Positions 19,128-31,193 of a stretch of 64,000 bases of DNA are shown here, one piece after another. Numbering within the stretch: position 1 is the first letter of the stretch; the number at the start of each line of letters is the position of its first letter. The DNA comes from Bigelowiella natans CCMP2755 (taxonomy: Eukaryota; Protista; Cercozoa): the NCBI GenBank assembly GCA_000320545.1, contig ADNK01002537.1, positions 34,862-98,861 of the forward strand, read 5' to 3'. The notes below the pieces were generated by a model. The model was not told where the DNA came from, searched no databases, and saw only the letters and a list, made by a program, of their open reading frames with translations. A program made the position numbers and the translations under genes.

Positions 19128-21607
19128 TACATAATACCTCAGGATATTCACCTCATCGATTCAAGCAAGGACTATTGTCTTGCAGCAAGGTGTGCCCAGA
19201 TGGAGAACCAACGAGGAAACAGATAGAGAAAGCGTGAGGGAGAAAAAGAGAGACAGAGAGAAACAGCTTTGTGTTTGTTTGAATACGATCATTTATCATT
19301 CTCTCTCTCTCTCCCTCCCTCTCTCTTCCTCTCATTCTCCTCTTATATATCCCTCTTTTTTGGCTTGACAATGGCGCGTCTTATAGGCTGCGACGGAGTG
19401 ATTCGGTTGATGCTTTTCTGGTCTCTTTTCATCCCGCTGGGAGCTCGCTACTCTCTCGATACCTTCCGCGCCAAGACTTCCTACCGAGATCTGCCAGATT
19501 TGCATTGTGAAAAACGGCGGCTATCGATTGGAACTGCAGCAATCATGCTGCAAGTACCTCATACACACACCCACATCCCCCCCACAAAAACCGTTTTGGA
19601 TGTATGTTTGTGTTTTCGCACGTGTATTCGAGAAGCAGTTGTGTATCTGTTGTAGTATGATGTGTTGGTGATCAAGGCTATGGTTGCTCTCCCTCTTTCG
19701 CTCTTTCTTTATTTTGAATACAGGGCTTGTGTGTGTTTGTGTGTGTGTGTGTGTGTGTATATCTATTTGACAGCTGGCGATGATCTACCTATCAACCGGC
19801 TTGCACAAGGCAAAAGATAGGTTTTATGCACGCAATGATATATCTGTCACGATTTGGGAGCTGATATAATGATGTTGTTTCTTTGCATCGCTGCTGTTTC
19901 CTCTGGTTATACTCTTCTCATCTTTCTATGAATGCTTTTATTTCTTCTGTTCTCCCCCGATTTTCTATTCATCGTGAATGTTCCTTAGCTGGTGGGTCCA
20001 AGAAAACACCGCAACACAAATGTAATCACGGTAGCTAGAACTGCATTAAAGTCCGTCTTGTATGTTTGCTCAAGGAATATCGCCTCTTCGTTTTTCAAAC
20101 CTGCGCCGGCCCTGCTGCGTTCGGTTGCGATGTGCGTGTGTGCGCGCGCACGCTCGTGCCCCTGTGCAGGGATGACACCTTGAGAAATTACTCAGCACGG
20201 AGCTTCCTCCCACATTCTTACGTTTGTTTTGTATCTCTCCGTGCTCAATGGAAAAAGAAAAGACTTGAGCGCACTTCGCTGGATTCCTCAGGTTTTTCTT
20301 TCTGGATATGTTTGCTTCAAAATGGGGTCGGCTCGTGGCTCAAACGGACCTCTTACCACCGAACGTCATTGAAATCGCCCATATCGTCGTATATTGGGGT
20401 GAGAAAGCAAGTGGACAACTTGTGAAGTTCTTCAATTAGTTATCGCTAGTAGAGCACCATCAATAATATGTAATCATTAGGATATCCTCTCGTGGTCTTT
20501 ACTAACGCCCCCCCCCTTCCCGCACCCCCCAACAGGATGTGAAAGGATATTTCCAATACTAGTATTTTCACCGATATTAACGGAAGGAATTCGTATCGTC
20601 GCTGTCACGGGATATCTATCATTTCATTTGTCTCTCTTCGTCTTTTCAGAGGTGATCCATTGTTGCGTAATGCACCATCATCAGCAATTCGAGGCAGTAA
20701 TGAAAATTCCATTTGCGCACTCATTTCACTCCATCGAAGAATACCCATGCGTCGTTACATGTTTCATGTGTTGCGCATATTTATTTTTCACTGTTTCTCT
20801 CAGCTCGGTCTTTTCCCCATCATCTGCATGGTGTCTTGGACTTTATTTCTGCCGTCTAGCGTATTCGATTCGTACGATCAGTTTGCGGGATATATCGCGA
20901 AGAAATTGCCAGAAATCGCAGCAGAGGCCACTTTATTCGTCCTAGCAGCAGCGGTGATGGATTTAACGAAGTGTGTTGTATGTGCATCTCAGCCATTGAA
21001 TGGATGGGCAGTTTGATGAGACGTCGTTTGGAACATGAAATTACTTTTTTAACCAATGAAGGCTATATTTGGTTGTTTTACGAGCAAATGCCAGACGCAT
21101 CTTTGGGTACTCACAAAGAATATTGAGAATGGAACATGTGCGACACGAACGAAATGACAGTAGTATTTACAAAACTACGTGACTTTCCTGATTTCGTGGA
21201 CCTACATTAACGGATTTCCGCATTTGGTGTTTTGTCTGCAGACTTGTTTCATTTCGTTTGTTTGTTTCTCTTAAATCTAGCTCCTTCCTCTCTTTGCGCC
21301 CTCCCTCGTCGTCTTTGGAAACTTCCTTAGTGGTACGTCAATTGAAACCTACGAGCGCAAACGCACATGCTCATACCCAAGTATACTGAGTAAATATTGA
21401 TATGGTTGTGAGACATGTTGCCTCTATCGAAATGTACTCACTGCAAACTGTTATTCTATGTGTTCATAGAAAAGAGTTACCGACAAGCCAACACAACTAG
21501 TGGCATTGGTAGTAACATCTACCCTCCTCCTCATACCCCCAGCTCTCCCTCTCCTTTCCATCCCTCTACTCTCTCTCCCTCTCTCTCTCTCTCTCTCTAT
21601 GTCTGTA

Positions 21608-21641
<34 letters not shown>

Positions 21642-23303
21642 CGCGCGCACGCGCGCGTGTGTGTGCATCAATATATTCACGAGCATACTGCATCAGGCCT
21701 TGTGCGTTACTTAAAAGAGAAATCATCGAAAATTAAGCTTCCTACTTCAGACTCCCAATTATTTGCCAGCGACTATGAGGTCAATAGCTGCCCTAATTCT
21801 GATAATGTGCATGAATCCGCGTGCACGCTGTTGTATTCTGACTCTCAGCATATGAGAACTTGTGCTTGATGCGTAGATACTTCTGTATGTGGCGGAGCAG
21901 GGTTGCGCGTTTATGTTCCTATTCCTTTGCGTCCTTTGGGTACGTAACACCTGACCGAACTTCGCAAAAAACACGTTAGCGTGCATCTTTGTGGCATGAA
22001 ATGCCGATGCAAGTGAATGTCAGAACTAAGTTTTTGCCAGCGATCGATAGAGTTGAGTGGCGTGATTATGCCTATATTTTTTACATCTTGACTGCTGTCA
22101 TCTCTCGAGAAAGCGCTGCTAGACACGAGCATGCCGTTAGATTTACCCTCACACGAATACATAACTAAATAATTATAGGTAAGTTCAGATCATGGAGGAA
22201 GCGCGATGCGTGGATGTGAGATTTTGCAATGAATAACACATGTGCACTGAAATCAAAGAAGCCAATTGGAATTTTTACTACTTTTCCGGCGGCTCCTTTT
22301 GTAATGATTTTTGCCAGGGATACGCGGGTTCCATTGCTCGATGCGCTTAGAGCAGTATTGGGCAATGTTTGATGGCGATAGTTTCCAGGTTTTGCATGCT
22401 TTCGAACCTCTGAATTACATGATATAATCAACTAACTTGCTGAAGTTCCTAGGGTGGGAAGTAGTTTTCTCTTGCTGTAGATATGCAATTCATGGTATGT
22501 TTGCAATTTCAGAGCGACATGTGGCCAGCCGTTATCGGGGAGTATGATGTAATCTCTTTGACTTCCTAACACAAGAAATATATTCCGCGTCTGTGCGTGT
22601 GCCCTAGATTACTTTCAAGAGAACTCAAAAGAATAATATCGTTGGAATATATGCAGGATGGGTCTAAGATAGAACTTTTCCAGTCAATGATAACAAATCG
22701 AGGCCTTACATCACCAATAGGTCAGTCGGCCAAATAGAAATTTTGTGCTTCGGAAAATCGCATAGTAAATCAAATAATGAAGTAGAATATGTGTGAAATA
22801 TGTATTCTGATGGTTTGCATGTATCTTCAATCTCTAGAAGATATCGGTGGTTGGGCAGGAGCTTTTCTCGCTTTGAAAAGTATGGAATTGCATTTGCATT
22901 GAACTGTGTAACTACTCGTTGCTTTTTTGTGATTGTAGCCAACATGAACGTATTCAGATACTTGTGTCCATTTTCCATTTTAAAACCAACCTGCGATTGA
23001 ATCGCTATGCGTTTTTTGTTCTGTCATTATTTTCTTTCAGCGACGGAGGAACTACAAAAGCAGCTTATTGTGAAACCAGAAGTATTATAAGAATGCTTTA
23101 GCACTTGAAAAACATTACGATATATATACACGATATTCAAGATGATATGTTACATATTATCTCACATTGTTCTGTGTATCTGTGTCTACATGTGAGTGTG
23201 TGCGTTTGCATGTGTTTGTGTGTAGTATGATATATTGGAATCTATAATATCCGCATTAAGCGTGCTTTTGAATTGATATATATTGGAAATTTTAAATCTG
23301 TTG

Positions 23304-23343
<40 letters not shown>

Positions 23344-24535
23344 CATTATTTCTTCCTGGTATCCAATGTGGAGATGGAGGAAATACACACATCGGGTTTG
23401 TTGTGCCTATGGTTGCGGCGTGTGTTTATTTGCGTGATATAACTGGTGCTCAAAATGTAAATTCCGGTGAATTACGTTGTTTTCCCACAAAGACATTCGG
23501 CATTAGTTTTAACAAATTGCGCGTGTTGTGTAAAAAATAATTCCTTTCATCATGTTCTAATCAATTTCTGCCTCTTCCTTTCTCTTTTTCCAGACATTCT
23601 CAAAGCCATCCATACCACATTTGAAGGCATTTGGAAATTGGGTATATTTTTACATTTAAAGAAATAGTAGTACGGCAATGATGAATTCTTCCTCTCAATC
23701 AAAATGATTTATTTGAAACTCACCAATATAACTATCACAATAAAGGGTTTGATACGTGCATTTCCTTCAAAATACAATTCCATCTAAGATTAAATTGATG
23801 ATGGTAATCGCTAAATCCTTAATGCAATTAGATATGCACTCAAGCGCGACTGAATGGCCTTTGGAAGAAAGGATCAAAGGACCCCAAACTTCTACCAGAG
23901 AACTATCTCAAAGATGTGACACTCTATCAAATTAAGGAAAAGGTCAACCAATAGCAGAAAGTATTGACACGAATATAAAGACATTGTTCGACCCAGCTGC
24001 TAGCATCCATGAATACAAAATATAGACTATTTTTCGTTGGTATATTTATTGTAAGTTATCTATAGTAAATTTGTAGAGATTCTTCAGCCAAATGCAAACT
24101 CGACGCGCTAGAACATTCCAAATCACATGTCCCTTTAGTATACCTTTAGAATAGTTTACGAATTGCGTATGCGATTGACACAATTGTTGTCAGTTGGCAT
24201 GCGAGCTGGGGTCAACAGTAGCATCAAAAGACTCCATCTTCAATCGCAGCACAACTCCCCCGAACGCTGCATTTTTGTGGTTTGATTCACCCAAATGCCG
24301 TGATTTGAGTCCGCTACATGCAAAATCCCTCTTGAAGGTAGCAATCAGTTGGATTTTAGTAAAATAATTATCTTTTTCCAACTAAATATTGTCACATAGC
24401 GCATGATAAGTGCATAACAATTGGATTCACACGCACACACACATGGCAATACATGTAGTACCTTCTAAATGAAAATATGATTCTATATACATATATTGTA
24501 CTTGTGTATATTGAAACACACACAATATGTTTATA

Positions 24536-24577
<42 letters not shown>

Positions 24578-25780
24578 AAAAATATTATATCAAAGGTGGA
24601 ATGCTCCCGTGGTACCGGATTTAATCCGGAAATCGAAGGTCATCTCCCCAACATTCTAAATATATTAGACGCATACACATGAATTATGGAAGTCTCGGTA
24701 AATATCTTTTGACATGTTTTTTTTGCGCACATTTATACACATCCGTACAAACGCACGCTTGTAAAAGAAGTCAGTCAAATGCTAGAAACAACAAATAATT
24801 GATGGCATTTCAGGCGTCACGCGAACTAGCACTTGCGAGCCAGATGTAATGACAGATTTCGTCAGGGGTATAAATCGTCGTATTACGTGAATAGAGAGAG
24901 GAATGTGCCCTCGTGCATGAAGTACGGAAAAGGGAAACATGCTTATATTTATTAAAATAATCGTGCAAAAAATGAAGGCGTATTATATTTCATAATTGTA
25001 TATTGTTCTGTGTATTGAACAATATTTTAAAATTTAAACCTAACGTTTACTACAACCTCTTTAAAATCATCATTTGAATGTTAGAAGCATAGCTTAAACA
25101 TCTTGGTCTGAGTGTTGAGTGGCAATTATTCTCTATTTTTCCTGAGATGGGCAAATTGTTGCAATTTTAATAAATTGGTTCAGGCGAATGGCAGAAGTAT
25201 CTTAAGGTCTTTGGCTTTAATAAAACTATGCGTACTTCGTTAAAGGATGCCCCTATCTAATATTTTGAATAGATATTTACAAAGTGTTTCTAAAGTAAAC
25301 CACATGAATAAATTTGATATGTGTGTTTCATCCGTACGTAAGTTCAATGTGTTTGTGTTGCTTGTTTGCTTGTGCGTGTGTGCGTGTCTGCTTTGTTTTA
25401 GGCTCGAGAACCAAAGGCGCTCGCAATCACACGTAGTTGTGCAGGCTGCTACTTTTATTACGGTAGAATTGCTGATGTCTGTTCTGTTGACGAGATAATA
25501 TTAGTTATAATGTTTACAATAACACACCCATCAACCCCCATAGTGCACAAGCATAGATAAGCATAGATACTCATACAAAATATTATGAATTTATGGATAA
25601 ATGTATGTGTTCCTAAGTGCTATTGTGTACAATCTTCTTGCAGGATCAAGCTCAGCTAGAAGAGCTGCACAAGACGCAATAAATCGCTGTAACAAGGAGC
25701 TTGGAGAGTGCGACTTGTACGCCGTCAATTCCGAGAGATACCGAGGCTATGCTATGAAGGTGGATGAAGAGAACATGTAA
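17123..25780 (+). CDS. HTTM-domain (vitamin K-dependent carboxylase N-terminal / SdpB-like) polytopic membrane protein with a C-terminal Cys-pair domain
   Basis: Spliced exons give FSIDARALAVFRMGLALVVMVD..R, FWSTYLMS, MFLGYHTQKACFLSWIFTSSIQARTIVLQQGCDGVIRLMLFWSLFIPLGARYSLD, LQLAMIYLSTGLHKAKDSWW..NTA, ERIFPILVFS, FHLSLFVFSELGLFPIICMVSWTLFLPS and RLEQYWAMF, matching the HTTM consensus in order. The last exon ends with TAA at 25778-25780. The start and the exons between ~22500 and 24600 are uncertain. Confidence 0.8.
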
Positions 25781-25860
25781 AATGAGACCCCGAATAAAAA
25801 GGGCAGTGGGCATATTGCATATGCGCGTATCCGTGTAAATGAATGCATTTACACTCACAC

Positions 25861-25899
<39 letters not shown>

Positions 25900-25903
<4 letters not shown>

Positions 25904-26950
25904 AACATGTGTGATTTTGCGTCATCGGAGAGATTCACAGTCCCCAGAGCCGGAGAATTTTGCTAACAAAATTTTGTTTCGTCGATGATGGTGTTGGGAG
26001 GCGCACTGTAGTTTCAGCTTCTGGAGATGAATGCTTTGCAGCAGCGGCATTGAAATGAAATCACACTCATCCCTCTTTCGTTTCCTCATAAACGATGCAC
26101 ACAACATCAGGAGGCTTCAAAAGAGCGCAGCTGAATGGCATCCTACTCAGCTGTGTGAAGCAGCAGATTCGCATCCTGAACCAGCTCAAACATCGTGGAC
26201 GCGATCTTTGCAGCGTCTCACATTGGAATCATTGAATCATCCAACGCTAGAATGCCTTGCACATGAGTGATGAGCAGCTACAGACCTGGAGACCCACATT
26301 TGCGCAAGTGCACAACCTTCGGTGATGAGACGCATGAATCAAGCATGCAGGAAGTTTTGGGAATTGCAATGAAATTCGCGATGTGTTCATTCTGTGGATC
26401 TGCAAATTGCAACTCTTGGGTGAGCGTGTCTTGCAGCGCACGCGTGTGCAAGCAAGTGAACACCTGCACGCGTTTCACTCATTTCGTTCCCATTTGACAG
26501 TTTTGTTGGCGTTCGTGTGACTTCGGTTGCACAGCTAGACAAGGTTGTGTTCGTTGCAACGCGTGCGCTGTCGACAACAACTGAAAGCATCTAGCTTGCT
26601 CATTGCATTCACATTGCGTGCCACGCTAGCACTAGAGCACGTTGCGCGCATCCTTCTGGCTTCTGGCCACAACGTGCTGATGGCGTTTCTTTTCAGCTGC
26701 TGTTCCGTCCAAGCGTGCACGGAGGAAAATGCAGCCCATTAGGAGGGGTTTTGTGAATCCCATTTTGCTTCTGCGACAAGAGTGTAGGTTTTGTCGGCCG
26801 TTGCAAATCCACGCCGTCATGTGATGAACTGCACGTGCGACGCAAGATCACACGATCCAGGGTCCAAAAATCTATGCAATGTTGTGGCCGTAATCAAGTG
26901 ATGAATGCGTGCTTGCAATGTTTGCAACGACCTTTCGTGGTCGATGTCAT
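25900..26950. other. TGCA/CATG/CTAG-rich block downstream of the HTTM gene
   Basis: Same compositional signature as the other 3'-flank blocks. Confidence 0.6.
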
Positions 26951-27062
26951 GCGCCATTCACTTTCGAATTCGCTTTAATAAGATGATGATGAATTTGCAA
27001 TTGCAACTCTGCAGATTCGAGACTGTCATGAAAAGGTTTTTGAATGAAAATGCAATTTTAGA

Positions 27063-29002
27063 ATGTCCATGAGGCTTCGAAGAAAGAACGCTGAAAGCAA
27101 AACTCGAAAGACTATTCACGTGTCTGGAAACTTGATTACAGGCTTTGACATAGAAACAGTAATCTAATGGCATGTGAGATGCATTTGTTTGCATTTATTG
27201 CGTTTTTTTTCTACTCTATTGTAATCAGCAAACTTTATCAATCAGTAGCATGGAATGTGTTCTTTAACATCAGAAATATGAACCTTCGATTGAAGAAGTA
27301 GAGGAGCAAAAGCTTTCGTGCTGGGATACATATAAGTTCATAGTTTTGAGTTTATTCTGGGCGTTTCTCGGCTTACTCTACCTAGGTCACGGTTTTGAAA
27401 TAAATTGAAGAGTCTATGTTTTGTCTCATGGCATTTTGTTTAAAATTAGATTATTTCCGATTTCACTTGCTAGAGAAGCTGTTTAAAGACTATATGGACC
27501 AAAAGCATCACCAAATGATCTTAAACATTAGTGTTGAGATCTATTACGTAAAAGTTACTTGCTGTATCTGCTGGTACTAGTCTTTTCACGTTTATGCATA
27601 GACGCATAGTAATTCACCCGTTAATCAGCGCATGATGTAACAGGTTTATTGCTGCATTTATTGTTCATCATTGCAACTGGAATCTCTCAGCAAGAAGAGC
27701 CTTGTATCACAAATGTGAGGATATTAAAAAACGACACAGGTACATAAATGATAGTTATCGTTCTGTTTATACATCAAGATCACATAGAAATTTGATAGTG
27801 CTATTCTAGATTCTGTTTCAGACTCGAATAAATTGAACAAAGGCTTCAAAGTGAAAGTACTCAGTTTATCTGCAGTCATCTCTCGCATTTTAATTTAACT
27901 AAACAAGCTAAATCATGTTATTTCAGAGACGTCAGTTGTTAGAAAAATTTAGACGGTTGAGTCATACAAAGGATTTACTCCAAGGCACAACCTCAAAGCT
28001 AGAATTTCGAATAAAGAATGTTGAAGAAGTTAAAAAAATCATGATTGAGCAACTTCATGGTATGATTCGCATATTAACTGATCGTATGAATCTGGCTGAC
28101 GATTCACGAAATTTGAGGGGGCTTCAAATTGGAGAAGATGTAAGACCAAAATTAAAATCTCTCCACTACATTTAAACTTAATTTAATACAAATTCATCCT
28201 AGTATGATCTACTCTGTGAGGATTGGATAAGACGGGCAAGAGAGTGCTATGAAGAGATAAATTCAAGGTTAGAGCAAAATACAGGGAGCAAAGATATCCA
28301 GAAGCAGTGCATTGTTGATTTGCGGAATCTTTTGTTTAAACGAATCCCATCACTACGCACAGAAGGAGTCAAGTTGACTGTCTCGGTAAAATATTACATT
28401 AGTTTTATGTTGCTTCTAAATGCAAAACGTTGCTGCAGGATTTTTCTTCAGCTAAAGATCAAAGATTTTTGAATCGAAGCAAACTTCTTGCTCTAGTCAA
28501 AGAGAAGGTCGACAACTACGCCGCCCAGCAAGTGGCAAGAGCTCAGGATTTAATTGAGGAGAAGAAGGCGAAAGAAGAGGTTTATTTTTGGATTTTCGGT
28601 CATTAATTTTCTGGTTACCATCAATGGATATGTATGTTCCATAAGGCAATGATAAAAGAGATAAAACGAGTTCTGTCTAAAGCTGAGTCGCACAACTGGT
28701 TTGATATAATGTCATATTTCGTTGGCAAAACAGAGATCCCATCTGACATTAAAAGTGCTACTGGTGATCTAGTCATGACTATTCGTAGTGATCCTCCAAT
28801 AGAATCTGCACATTCTATTCCTACTCAAGGATCAACGAATTCAAGTGTTAGAAGCAGCACTGCCGGCATAGCAAGTTGGATACTCGGCGTTGTCAGCCCT
28901 GTATTTGGTTCTAGATCATCGAACGCAAGTTCGAATCACAGGCGAATGAGTTCGTCAGGATATGGATCATTTGAGCATGTACCGCAGGACCGAGACGAAT
29001 GA
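27063..29002 (+). CDS. hypothetical protein with N-terminal hydrophobic segment(s) and helical/coiled regions
   Basis: Chain of open exons separated by short GT-AG introns (e.g. ~28140-28202, ~28386-28438, ~28581-28645). TM-like segment FIVLSLFWAFLGLLYL. Ends in ORF 28634-29002. No family recognised; start uncertain. Confidence 0.55.
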
Positions 29003-29149
29003 GGATTTCAGTTGTTGGAACACGCACCATAACTGCGATACGCTTTAATTCTGATGTCACTGTATATGTCGATATTGTGGAGACTGCTCTTTTACTCTTT
29101 GTCTCACATACTCGATCACGCTGGCTATTGCATTGCTTAGTCACTACGA

Positions 29150-30050
29150 GTTCCGCGTGTGATACATTACGCATACTGAAAAAATGCGAATGCAACAACA
29201 TGCAACAAAACTCCAATCAGAAATTGATTTCGAACACGAACACATTTTTGCTAACGGTTTCTTCGCCTAGGAATGTGTCAACAAATAAATCGAAGGAACA
29301 AAGAAGCACACACACAAAGACAATGTGTTACAAGCATTTCATTTTCTGGCTGGCTAGAGATGTAGCGCTCTAGCGTTACTAGGCTAGACTAGTAGAGCGT
29401 GTGCGACGTGTGCGACAAATGTGTGTGCTAGTGTGTGCACAGTCGTGCTAGCGTGTACTACGTGCAACTTTAGAAAAAAATGTTGAGACATCCATGCGCA
29501 CGCTGCTAGACTGCAAAATTAAAGGCGCTGATCTAGCTCACCTGCCAGCATGCATGCAAGCAAGCACTTAGCAAATGCCAGCGTTCGATTCTAGCGCCTC
29601 AGCGCTCTAAAACACTAGAATAATAGAACAGTCAATCTAGCAATGCAGCTAGAGCTAGAGCTAGCATTCTTGACTGAATGGTTCAACTCAATTTGATTCC
29701 ATGTGCGCACTGGTGCACAGCGCTAGAGCGGATGGATGCGATTGCTAGCTAGCATAGATCTAGAAATTGCAATGTCAAAATGCCTGCTAACCTGGTTCAT
29801 CTGAATGCTCAAACCGTCCAACTAACTAGCTGCTATGCATGCTAGCATGACAAGAAGTGATCAATTGATCTAGTGGTGGAAATTTGTTTTGGGCTTGTCT
29901 AGTTGCGGGCTGTCTCATTCGCACTAGCTAGCTAGCGCATGTCATCAGCACGAACAAGAACATCTAGACATAGTTGAAGCACTACGATGTGGCATTATTG
30001 CTAGTAGACAGACTGATTGTTACGCTGTATTCAAAATGTGTGATGACTTC
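29150..30050. other. extremely CTAG-rich block
   Basis: About 28 CTAG (hand count) and no CCGG in 29341-30010. Confidence 0.8.
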
Positions 30051-30052
30051 AG

Positions 30053-30618
30053 TTAATCGTTTACAGTTTCCTCAAAATTCGGAACGACATAGCTAACTAG
30101 TTCTGTAACTATTACATCACGTACAAATTGAACAGGTGGAAGTCCTGCAACGGACTTTAGCACTATCGACGTGCAGCTAAAAGTTGCTATCTTGAATAAA
30201 AATTTTAATACTTTCATGGAATAGTCTACTCGTGATCGTTGCATTAGAGAATGCTTAAAATTCATGACTAAACGCAAATGCTTACAATGAAACTGCTCTT
30301 GTATCATTATAGTCTGAAAGGGCAAGTTAATTTCGAACTCCCATTTAATATATCGCGATTTAGCATTGTATGTAGAGAAGATAGTTTTCTTCATAGACAC
30401 TAATTAGAGAACACGAAGAAAAAGGCTTGGTTAATTTTTCCTGCCCATCACATCCTACGATTCGTCCTTCGGGCCAGTGTAGCAGATCTTCTTGCCAAAG
30501 CAGCATACGTCGCACCAGCTGCAACTACTGTAGAGACTACCCTGACAGCAAAAGGGCAAGCGACGCCGCGGCGAAGTGGAAGAGAAAACATTCGCGAACA
30601 GGTTGTTCGGAGGGGCAT
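30053..30618 (-). CDS. possible small protein with an Arg/Ser-rich, acid-free N-terminus (transit-peptide-like)
   Basis: ATG 30618 gives MPLRTTCSRMFSLPLRRGVACPFAVR..., which could splice in phase into ORF 30053-30400. GC-richer first exon. No homology recognised. Confidence 0.28.
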
Positions 30619-31193
30619 AGGGAGTGGCCTTGACGCACTTCGGAAATTTACATTTAGGTATTGTTATTGTTCAAGCTGCAATTATATATTGGGGAAAAGT
30701 ATAATAATGTCCCATTATTTGCAAATATTACAAAAAATACGCTGTATTCTGCGAATGTCGAACTATGTCGTAAGAAGATCTGAGCTGGCCGCAGTGATGC
30801 CTCTGCACAACGTGTAAAAAAAGGGATATTTCAGTCGAACAATAGCATGTTAGTATGTTTAATAATCGTGAAAATAACTACAAATATGGATTGCGACTTA
30901 TATTATAAGAGTGTATAATTGAAGACCAGTAAGACCAGAGGATGATTCCTTCATTATTATGCAAAACATAGATCTAGATTGTGCCAGCCTTTTCCGAAGC
31001 AAAACGAAAACACCTTTCACTTAAAGTCGCAACAGATGAATGCAATACAAAATGCGTTCAAAGAACTAAGTTTGCTTGAAAATTCGAAAAAATAGGATAA
31101 TACTTTGGATTAAAAAATTACGATGTTTTATTGATAAAAACAGATCTTGATACATTCAACAGACCCTCGCTAAATAAACCAAAGCGGAGGGCA

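Noticed and set aside
29150-30050. Intact transposon or endogenous virus in the CTAG-rich blocks
   Set aside because: No terminal repeats, target-site duplications, or transposase/RT/capsid motifs recognised in any block.
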